Assembly: GCA_013115125.1 (NCBI GenBank)
Contig: JABANN010000216.1
Coordinates: 1 to 52,299 of the forward strand
Direction: 5' to 3'
Source: Perkinsus olseni
Taxonomy: Eukaryota
Length of the DNA stretch: 52,299 nucleotides
A model generated the notes under the pieces. The model saw only the letters and a program-made list of their open reading frames with translations, made no database searches and was not told where the DNA came from. The position numbers and the translations under genes were made by a program. Shown piece after piece: positions 36,778-46,808 of the stretch. Numbering within the stretch: the first letter of the stretch is position 1; every line of letters starts with the position of its first letter.

Positions 36778-39326
36778 TCATGCATCGGTGGCGCAGCGGA
36801 ACTTGACGGGGTCGTCGCCAACACGGTGGGAGGGTCTAGCCCCGCCAACTCGAATGATACGACTCTTTCTTCGACCTTCCACACGCCTCGGTGACTGCGG
36901 CCTCTTCTTGCCTTCTTGACGACTCTCGCTCTCCCCAGCCCGGCTCCTATCGTCTTCCTTCACCACCAGCGCCACCTCAGCCACGACCGCCGCGACGCTG
37001 GGCTTACTCGTAGCCTGCGGCTGAGGGCCTTCCGACTGGTCACGGCGGTAACGATGCTGCTTCGGCCTCTCTGAGGTGACCTCGCTGGTCTTCACGTTGT
37101 ACCAGACCTCCTGTCCAACCACGACAGCCCTTCGCCAATCGCCCATCCGACCCTGCAAGGCCAGCCAGCGCTCATCGGAGAACTCATCCCCAGAGGGTAC
37201 AGCAGGCAGCGCTGCCTTGTGTTGGGGAGAGACTGGACGGGAGCCGGAGGCCTCTGAAGGAGAATTGCATCACCGCGTGGAATTTCGTGGCGCGCGAAAC
37301 TGCCATTACCAGTAAGTTGAAGTCGCTTCTCTCCCGGCCCCGGTTGGTGCCACAGTCGGTCGTGACCGCAGCGCCTACAAATTCCGTCCGCCCCTCCCAG
37401 GGTGAACCAAGGGCATTGGCAAAGATCCGCTTCCTCTGGTTGAAATCGACATCTATCACTCAAGTCAAGGGTCAACCTAAGATTCTCCTCCTCCGGACCA
37501 GAATCAATATCTTCATTATCCTCTGACGCAGCCGAAAGATTCTCTACCCTCCCGGGAATGGCCAACTCCGCGGCGACCGGCGTCCCCTGCGCATCCTCTG
37601 CAATAGTAGCTGGGGCTTCTTCACCATGTGCACGCAGGCGCAAAATCTTCGCTGTGCGTAACTGGGCGTATCTTTCAGCCTCCTCGTGGAAGATACTCGA
37701 CCCCAACCTCCCTTTCTCAACCGTAAGCTCCTCCTCCCCCTGATCGGATTCTCCCCAGACCTCAGCGACGCCTCGAATGGCATGCACATACGGGTCAGCA
37801 CCGAAGTTGACCGAAAGTCTCAACGTCGCTTCACTGTCGCCGAAGACACTCACAGCGACGTACGGCGCTGGCAGGAACCCCCACTCGGCTGAGGCGGGCC
37901 GAGGGGGCCGCATAGTCACCGGGCAGGATATCTCAAAGTCGGTGCCCCTGAGGGATCGATACCTGTCAAGAGGAACTTCGGGATGGCGGAGCTTCCAAGG
38001 TACGGAGCACTCAGAAAGGGCTACATGTCGAGCGGGCGTGGACAAAACGACTGCTCGAAAGGAACGGGAGTCGATGAACGGTCATAGACCAGTGAAGTGA
38101 GAAGTGAAGTACTCGTGAAATATGGCTCGGGCATAATTCTGCGAATTTCTGTGGTTCCTGAAAAACACTAATGTGGTACATAAACTTAATTTTGGGCTAC
38201 ACTTTCAGTAGCACCCCATTACCACAACACCAATAACGGATTTCCGAAGCACTGACGGCGACTCCCTCCGACCTCACCCGAAGAGCATTCTCTCGCACTC
38301 TAACTGCCGTAGGGGTGGTTCAAGGCCACCATCATCACCCATTGGCAGCCGCAAAGATTCTATCAGAATCGGACGGGCATGGCACAAGCCGCCATTCTTC
38401 AGAAAATGTACCGCCCCCATCAGCTTCGCTCCGTCGTATTTTCTGTCAACAATCATCGTAATGGTGTCTCCCGAGCTGAAGCCTCCTGGGTCACTTCTGA
38501 CAGACACCCTCCAGTCGCCTGAGTAAATCAACCCGTTCGAGAAGTAGCCCACACTGTACGGGAAATGGCCAGGGAACTCGCCCACCGGAGTTGGCTTAGG
38601 CGATAGACCAACACACATGATCGCTGACGAGCCCTCCGGCGCTGAATCGATTGTCAATTCCACTACGCAAAGGCGTTGGAAGGGCAGTGGCAAGCTGGAC
38701 AGGATCGTGCTGGGCTCTCCACCACCACTGAAGATCTCATACACCCCCGCCCGACCCTCTCGCTGGCACCATCCACCATCCCCAAGAACGTCCATCCTCC
38801 AAGACTCACCCCCTCCCAGAATTTGAGTCGTTCGAAGCGCCTGCCAATTAGAGACAGGGTAGACGTCGAAGGCATCGCCATAGAGTAAAGCTGGTCGGGT
38901 AGGGTCGATACCACCGAGGCCAACCCGCTCACTAGGCATGACGAAATCTTGCGATGAATCTTCCCCGGCTTCGCTCCGCCGCCCGTCTTTATTACCCTGA
39001 TCTTTGCCAGGTACCATCCAGCTGAAGGCCGCTTTAGAGGCCTCGTCAATACCAAATTTCCGCCGAATCCTGTCCAGATCAACCTTGGGAAAGAGCCTTC
39101 GACCCATGGAACTCTCAAAGAAGGCCACCAAAGCCTCCCCAATTGCAGCGGCAACATTCTCCCTCAGTTCCACCACTACCATCGACTCTCTATAATGGTA
39201 CAACAACAATAACGATACCAATAGCACTCCACAGATGACGAGCACAGCCAGCAGGGCCGGAGTAGAGGTGGAAGGATCAGGGCGGATCGGGAGGGGCCTA
39301 CGAGGGTCGTACGGGTAAGATGCCAT
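36778..39326 (-). CDS. Single-TM SPRY-domain protein with a Cys/His cluster and a WW-like domain
   Basis: N-terminal TM helix; SPRY features (VELTI, CVGL, FPGHFPYSVGYFSNG, GDTI, FLKNG) continue into the next ORF (PYVAVS...VNFG), implying one spliced gene; CQC...CRRCGH...H; WRRAV...VWYNVKTSEVTSERP. Confidence 0.7.
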
Positions 39327-39462
39327 CTTAAAGCGGGCAGGTGAACCAGTATTGCGCCCGCAAGGAGACCACTAGCAACACAACGTGAGTTGGGCAAACA
39401 CAGCGACAACAACATCATGACAATATTCAGTGGCTACCACTAAGTGGTAAGAATCATGATAG

Positions 39463-41400
39463 TCACTTCTGCAGTTTGTTACTCTCTTTTCGACTCTTCA
39501 TAAAGCTCAAGCCTCTCCCTATCATTTTCTTCTTCTTCGTGGAACCCCTCCGGAGCTTGCTTCGTACCGAATCATCGTTCTCGCCTGCGGTTTCACCGCT
39601 TCCCTGGCCAGTTTTTTCCTCACCACCCTCCTCCGCTGGCCTCCATGAGAACAACACGACCTCGCCATCGATGGTCTTCACTTGCACCGCTCCGCCGTCC
39701 CTCCGCAAATTTAATTCTGCAACCCCCATCACTAGGGGTTGGAGATTACTCCGATCGACAAGCTCCAACCTAAGATACTCTGGCATTCTTGTATCTTCCG
39801 TGCTCCAACCCAAGATAACTCTATAAAAGTAAGGACCTATCAATCCCATTGTTCTACAGCCCTTCTTCTCCGACGCACAATGGACCGACACTGTGCCGTT
39901 CTCGAATCTGATCCAAACGACCCAGGTTCAATTCTAGGCGAGCGCATTTTATTACCTTAGAATATCCTCTTTACCCTCTCCCTTGTCGTTGGTATAATAA
40001 CCATCTTCTTTAGGTGTCGGCAAGCCAGCCGCCTTACCATCTTCACCAATATGAGGCGCCCAAGGGAAATAAAAAGGATCTTCGTACCCAGTAAACGACA
40101 GTCTCACCGCGCTCCCGTCATGTCGGACCATCACTCGCGATCCATTAACCTCCTCCCGCCCTTCAGTGTAGAGATCGAGCTCATAGTACAACGGTCCGCC
40201 GGAATTTTTCACCCCATAAAGGAACCTTTGGCCTGCAAAATCCGACGTTGTGCTGGCCCGATCCACATCACGCGGACATCGCATCGACACAAATTGTTTA
40301 TGGGCAGCTCGAAATTGAAAGTAGCACCTCTCATAAGGGCCCTTCTGGCCAAAGTAATAGCCCTCCAGTCTCGGTTGAGGTAGATGAATTTTTCTCTGCG
40401 GAATTGCCAAGTCATGGCGTTCCCACTCGAAAAGTGTCTGCAAACCCGCGGCTTCTTCCGCTAGCCTTAGGAACAGACCATTATCGCTGACTGCCAGACT
40501 GTAATCTGTGAGATCCGCGGCCGAACCGAGAACACTGAGACCGAGTCTGCCGAAGTCTTGACCGGAATATCTGGTGGCGAAAGGATCGAAATCAGGGGTT
40601 GTGGAGATTCGGGAAGAGAAGGAAAAGCATGATAGCTTCTTTCTGAACGCTGGCGGTGTCTTGCTTGTGTCCGTGCAATCCATCTTCACAACCCTCCTTT
40701 GACGCGAATCCAGTCTCATCTTGATCTTGCACCCTTCGAACCTGCCTTGCCCGAGGTAGTAGCCAACCGCCCTCAACGGTAATTTCCCATCATCATCATC
40801 ATCAGTCGCCGAGCCCTCAATGAACTGACCCCAGTTTAGAAAGTCGAACCGAAAAAGCCCTCTACTTATCATAATTTTTTCGCAGTTCTGATGCATTTGA
40901 AAAAATATAATACCACCACCACGATCGCTCACCATCTCGTGCATATAATAAAACTCCGGGAGTGTCGAGTCCACGGGCTTATCAAAAACAACATCTTCGA
41001 AGGTCCACCTCTCGTTAATACCAAAACGATCTCTTTTCGGGCACGTCCAAGTCGCCACCCCTCTCGACGAATGCAAGTCCAGTCTTCGGAATGCCAACCG
41101 GCAGCCAACCAGAGAGTTGTTTCCAAAATAGTAGCCCGTCGTTTTCGGACAAGATTCCTCCCACAGGTTGGGGGAGACCGTAAAGGCACTGTCGACGCTG
41201 TCCAAGCTGACAACGTCCGAGCGCCTGCTGTTCAGACTGAAGCTGCTGATGCTACTACCCAGGCCACTACTGCTACTACTACTCCTGACCGACCTGCCGT
41301 GGACTTTGATAGTATTGGTGGTAGCACGGACGATCCCGCAGCAGGTGAGGAGGAGGCCGCAGGACAAGAGGGCTGCGGGGGAGGGTAAGGGCATGGACAC
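39463..41400 (-). CDS. Secreted protein with 3-4 repeats of a GYY..GC..CP module
   Basis: Signal peptide; 482-aa first exon, probably spliced to the 39463-39940 frame. Confidence 0.65.
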
Positions 41401-41608
41401 CGGGGACCAACAGCTGACACTGGAGACGTAGTCGATGCAGCGTGAAGGGTGGCGAGGGAATGACTTGCTGACGACAGTTCCCTTCCCTCTATTGGGAAAC
41501 TCAAGTCAACTAAGTGGTATTAACAACATCTGCACACATAACAAGATTGGATGATGATGACACCACCACAAGCTCATCACCGTCATCATATAGCTAAGCA
41601 AATGCTCC

Positions 41609-42010
41609 TTACACCTCATGTAGGTTCACCGAGACGTGGCCAGGGGCCGGGGCCTCGGTCCACTGGAAGGAATAGGAAGTATGGTCGGTGTCGAGAACGA
41701 CCTCCATGGCATCTTCCTTCATCTTCAGCTTGTGACCCTGTGGCCACTGCTTCTGGTACTTCTCGTCCCAAACCGTTATCTCGTGGTAGTAACCCCTCTT
41801 CTTGGGACTGGCTTCGTACCTCCATTTAGTGTGCATAATCCCGTGGAGACGAAGCTTGGGCGGACAGGTAAACTGCAGCAGCTCAGGGCCGAAAGTGAGG
41901 GAGCAACCGGTGAGGGGAGCACCGCCATAGCGATACGACCCCTCGGTCATTGGGTAGGGAAGGGCAGTAGTGACGTGAGGCAGTCCGAACAGGGTAAGGA
42001 GTTTGACCAT
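41609..42010 (-). CDS. Small secreted protein, single module
   Basis: Signal peptide; PMTEGSYRYGGAPLTGCSLTF...FTCP; homologous to 42636-43145. Confidence 0.7.
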   Translation of the reverse strand: MVKLLTLFGLPHVTTALPYPMTEGSYRYGGAPLTGCSLTFGPELLQFTCPPKLRLHGIMHTKWRYEASPKKRGYYHEITVWDEKYQKQWPQGHKLKMKEDAMEVVLDTDHTSYSFQWTEAPAPGHVSVNLHEV

Positions 42011-42635
42011 TGAAGACTACGCGGAAGTCTGTAAAGGATAACTGAGGACGGGAGGACAAGGCGAGCTAGAGAACTGTGGAGAATTCAGATCAATCACATC
42101 TAGATACTCTCTTCAGATCTAGTATCAGAAAATGCGTCAACCAGGAGCTGACCGAGTGTCGGGGCTGATAGGAAGGCGGCCTGCGATGGACACTCGACAC
42201 CTTCGAGAACGAACCCACCTCGTCGCGAAGGGTTCGTCACACTTCACGGGGAAGTCACCACTACCGCTTACTCGAATATCTTCGGGGTAAGCGCAGACTA
42301 GGAGAACGTCCGATGACGAGAGATGGATCATGACAGTCAGAGCTGTCCTTTGCATGCTCAGCCCCACATAGCTGGCGTGGGCCCGTGGCCACTACTACGC
42401 CCAAGTCCTTGAGGCTCAAAAGCAGATAAGGAAGGTGCTTCCGCCGACTCCTGAGAGGATTCAGCTTTTCGAAGGCCACTGGCCCTAGAAAATTCACGAT
42501 TAATGAAAATCTACTTCGACGGTCGTCGTCGATCGCCCTCACCGATACACGTATTTCCAGCGATAATCTTAGAAATGGACCGAGCAACCCGAGGCCGGTG
42601 GGCAGCAGAAATACAACAACAGGGACATGATAACA

Positions 42636-43145
42636 TCAGATGAGCTGTTTATCCCTCAGCCTGGCGAAGTCCTTCCTGCCTTGCTCGATCTCTTCTGGAA
42701 TGCCCCAAGACCTCTCCTCTCTCGGGCCCTCCATCGCCATTACTGGCTCTTCCTCAAAGGGACGGGGCATCAGATTAACCCAACCGAATTTGTAAGTGCG
42801 GGAGGGGGTCTCTAAGAGGATCTCCCGTGTGTCAGAGCTGAGCTTGAGTTTGTTATGGGCTGGCCACTGGTGGCGACGGAGGTCGTCCCAGAGCATAATC
42901 TCGTCGTAGTGGGAGTCCTCATCCTTCTGGGTGGGTTGCTTGATACTAGGACTGTAGCGCCATTTGTTGTCCATAAATTCAAAGATGTCGCATCCATGAG
43001 GGCACTGGAACCCCATCGCTGCACCGTCGAACACGATATAGCAGCCGTGAAGGGGACCCCCGGTGTTACGGTAGGACCCCTTCGTCCTTGGGGACCCGAG
43101 AACTGCAGAGGACGGGATGAGGAGGGAGAGGAGAAGTCTTACCAT
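42636..43145 (-). CDS. Small secreted protein, single module
   Basis: Signal peptide; PRTKGSYRNTGGPLHGCYIVF...FQCP, KWRY, EIMLWD, QWP.HKLK shared with 41609-42010. Confidence 0.72.
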   Translation of the reverse strand: MVRLLLSLLIPSSAVLGSPRTKGSYRNTGGPLHGCYIVFDGAAMGFQCPHGCDIFEFMDNKWRYSPSIKQPTQKDEDSHYDEIMLWDDLRRHQWPAHNKLKLSSDTREILLETPSRTYKFGWVNLMPRPFEEEPVMAMEGPREERSWGIPEEIEQGRKDFARLRDKQLI

Positions 43146-43504
43146 TGGGAAACTAAAGACGATAGATACAGGAGAAGCCCTTGGGAGCTCACAAGGGTTC
43201 TGGGGCTTCCGAGCAACCAGTTGTGGAGCTCAGGTTCGATTCGGAAACCACAATTCACGGGTTAAAATGAATCCTGAGTTACAGTATGGCCTACCGAGCA
43301 AGGGGTAGTGCTGAAGAGGTGACCCGCCTGCCAGGGTCCCCTCCCCGATGGTTGGCCCGGCCGTAAACGTCAGAGAGGGGCCTGACACCTTGTGGAAAAG
43401 CGAGACATGTGCGGACGGAGACGGGAGACGGGGTCATCGTTGAGGAAATGAAAGAGAGCAAGAGTGCCATCTTGATTCGTGTGGTTCACAGTCCATGCGT
43501 CACT

Positions 43505-44922
43505 ATGTTTTTGCCCACGGGGTTGGCATCAGATGAAGTTGATGCAGCGGCGGTAGATGAGGACACTATCAGTAGAGTCCAAGTTTATGCTACTGACGCC
43601 TTGCCAACCTATTCAGCCCACCAGTGGCGTCATGAGGTGCCAAAGTGGCTTTAATTGAGGCAATACAGGCGCTGACTGCTCAGATACGATTTCTCATAGA
43701 ACTGTTGATGTGGTACTTCTACATTTTCCGGGGGAAATGTGGTAGGACTAGACCGACCCCTGGGCAGGAGCTCTACAACGTGCATTACACTGTACCATCA
43801 CGCAAGGCCAAGATCCTCTTCCTCCTACTTGGACCGGTCCTCTCCTACGCTTCCGTCTGTGCCAGGTAGGGGACGCTCGGCCGTCGTCCGTCTGTTACCT
43901 CTTTCTTCAGGTTTGGCGACAGAGGGTCCTGGCTGCAGAGCTTCGTGGCGAAGTTGAGGTTGTTGCACTGGGTGGCCTTCCTCAGCGGCATCCCCGGGGT
44001 TAGTGGTAGTATAAATCGGGTTAGGGGGGGGATGGAGGGAGGGAGCCCCTATGGATACTTGGGCCGGTGGAGGAGTTTTGAACTTTACTGTTGTGCTGCA
44101 GAGTTGGTCGTGACAGTTGCGGGCGGCGGCGGCGCCCTTTGTGGTGAGAGACCTGGCGATTATTCCATGTACAGCACGACATACAAGCTGTGAAGCCTCT
44201 CTGGATTGACCTGCCTGTGGTGCGGTCGAATAGGAATGCTTCGACCTCGCTTGGTCGGACCGGACGCTGTTGGCCGTCGTGCCTCCCTTAACTCCGCTTG
44301 ATGCGACACCGGGCCCCTCTTAAAATATTGCGCGAATTTTTTGCGAAGAGGATGTTGGGGTTGACGATCCTCATTCGGTCGCCCTTTTCAGCAAGCCCAG
44401 TTGCGACGGCTTTGGGTATGAAGAGCGTACAGATCGATCCGCAGGCTCAACGTGTTCATCAGCTGGAATACTTCCATAGGTAGGGTGTTAAATCCGCGCG
44501 CCAAAGGTCTCGGGTTCGATCCCCACGGGCAGCCTTTTCGAGGTACTTGCTGGTGCATCACTTAACTGAGCTCCTCACAGCAGCGTGGCCTCTGGTTTCC
44601 AATACCAGTGCCTTCAAACGAGTACGTCTTTGCGTCACGCGCCACGAAATTCTCTAGGAAAGTTCCCTCGGCAGGTTTCCCGGAGACTTGCCGGTGTGTG
44701 TAGGAAGCCTCTCGATAAAAGCAACTGCGGCGTGTGCAGGGTAGTAGCCGTGGAATGATCTCCTACCACACCAGTCGTTTCTTTTCTCAGTGCCCGGCTC
44801 AAGTCGGATGGCATCAGATTTCTCCCTGCGGGTGTAGGATCTGCCATTACTGTTGGCATGCCGAGGAGGTCCCTTCGAAAGCCGCCTGCCCGTCCTGCGG
44901 AGGCCCTTGTAGTGTTCCCTAA
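43505..44922 (+). CDS. PEX2: RING-finger peroxin (PEX2-like), multi-exon
   Basis: EVDAAAVDED, TPGQELYNVHY, LLHWVAFLSG, LEYFHRYLLVHHLTELL and C-terminal RING CGVC...CGCRICHYC...CPSC after splicing. Confidence 0.7.
44462..44534 (+). other. Degenerate tRNA-like element across a PEX2 exon/intron junction
   Basis: 73 nt with T8A9, G18G19, AGGTC variable region and GGTTCGATCCC; first 4 acceptor pairs intact; followed directly by TTTT; other stems broken. Confidence 0.6.
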
Positions 44923-45024
44923 TGCCATCCATCTTTGCACGTAATACTTGTTTCTGTCTGTCCCCTTGGAAAGTAGTTCTCGGGATGGGTTATGGGAATG
45001 CAGCTGATCTCAGTCAAGTTGATT

Positions 45025-46696
45025 ATGTCTGGGAATCTCCCATCAACAGCCCCTCCCGCTGCTCCAGTAGAAGAGCAGCAAAGCGTTCCCGTCGAGGCCT
45101 CGGTCAACGTCCCTCCAGCGGAGGGTGGTACCGCTGCGGCCCAGCTCGGGTCGCCTGAGAACCCGATACCGGCGGTGGTGGTCGCGGAAGGGGTACCTCT
45201 TCCAGGTCAAGAGACCCTTCCGACAGCACAGCAGGTAGAGCGCACGAAATTGGAGATGGTTCTTGCTTGTTATGCAGAAGCTCTCAGGAGGCACAGGAGC
45301 AGGACGTCACCAGTCCCATACCAAACCATTACCGCATCAAGCGAGTTGAGTTCCTCGGCTCCGAGCGGGCCTACTTGCTGCAGAGCGAGAACGGTCCCTG
45401 TCCGCTGCTGGCCGTCGCCAATGTAGCTGCTGTTTCGTCTAAGTAGGTCGGTTGATGGGTGGTGTTAGGTTCTGCTGTTGCGTAATAAGCTGCAGCTTCA
45501 CAAGGACATGAGCTCCCTAAGCTTCGATGATCTGGTCGGCCGAATCGCCAACATAATGTTTGATAGCAATCAGGATAGAGGGGATGTGGCCAAGGGTAAT
45601 AATAACCCCGGGGTTATCTGTTAGGACCGCTACAATCTATCTAGGAATAATTTTGTCTCAAAACTCGTCTCTTTCTTTTATCTAAGAAGACTTTTTCTTC
45701 TTTTCTCTCTCACTATCCGTTGCTGGTCGAGAGGTCGATCGGGGTTGAGTGTGGCCTTTTGGGTTGTATAATTATGATACTCCCGAACGTTGGAGTTAAT
45801 CAGAGTCCATCACATTCTCTGAAGGAGGGTTGCTGAGCTTTTAGCGGAGCGAAGCAGTACTGTGTGGCATTTTGATGAACTCTATCATTGTGGCAGGCCT
45901 AGAAGATGCGGTCACCCTCTTGCCCAGTCTTAATAAGGGTCTCGATGTTAACGTCAAGTTCGACTCTTGCGACGGGTTCGAGTTTACCCCTGAACTTGGA
46001 GTCTTTGATCTCCTTGACATCACCCTCGTCCACGGTTGGGTGGTCAGTAAGGACGACATGTCCGCGTATCCGATCCTCGGGCCGCTCAGCTACAACCAAG
46101 CCATAGAGAAAGTAGTGGCCTTCAACGAGCTGCAGTCACAGGCCTTGAAGGGCGAGGAAGAGTCCCCCGCTGACCCGGGCACGTATGAGGACGGCCTTGC
46201 TGTTAGCCAATGGCTCGAGGAGAACAAGTCTCAGATGACCTATGATGGTCTTAGCCAGATCATGGAGCGGTTGAGGGACAACGAGCTCGCGGTGTTGTTC
46301 AGAAACAACCATTTTGTTACAGTATTCAAGCCCCGTCCGGGTGAGGATGGTGAGACCCATTTGTACGCTCTGGCAACGGATATCGGCTTCGCTAGCAGCT
46401 CGATAGTCTGGGAGCGTCTGGATACTCTGGATGGTGACACGCTCTACTACGACGGGCAGTTCCATCGGGCGTCGAGGCAGGCCCTTAATGGAGCGGATGA
46501 AGATCCGGACTACTTGTTAGCACTGAGTCTCCAGATGGATGATGATGAGCGTGCAAGAAGGCGTCCGCAGACCTATGTCGGGCCGATGGGTATGGCCATG
46601 GTGACTAACAGAAACGACGGTAATCAGCAGAGTGGAGGAGAGCAGCAACAGGAAGGAGGGGGACGTCGGAAGAAGAAGTTCTGTGCCATTATGTAA
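45025..46696 (+). CDS. MINDY1: MINDY-1/2 (FAM63) family K48 deubiquitinase
   Basis: QSENGPCPLLAVAN (catalytic Cys), GLDVNVKF, LVHGWV, FRNNHF (catalytic His), TDIGF, MIU-like DYLLALSLQ, polybasic + CAAX end RRKKKFCAIM. Confidence 0.92.
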
Positions 46697-46808
46697 AGGT
46701 CATTCCAGTTTTGTATAAAACGGAGCGTCACCGCGCCACAATATTTGTTTCCGATATGCGCTGCTGTTCGTAGACAGCTCTGCTGGCGAGGAGGGATAAG
46801 TATTATTG

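Noticed and set aside
44657-44670. GGAAAGTTCCC resembling the RNase P/MRP CR-I motif
   Set aside because: Lies in a PEX2 intron followed by RING-coding exons; no matching CR-V/P4 partner seen
44794-44803. GGCTCAAG, matching the 3' end of the dinoflagellate/perkinsid spliced leader
   Set aside because: Only 8 nt, within an exon; no CCGTAGCCAT upstream
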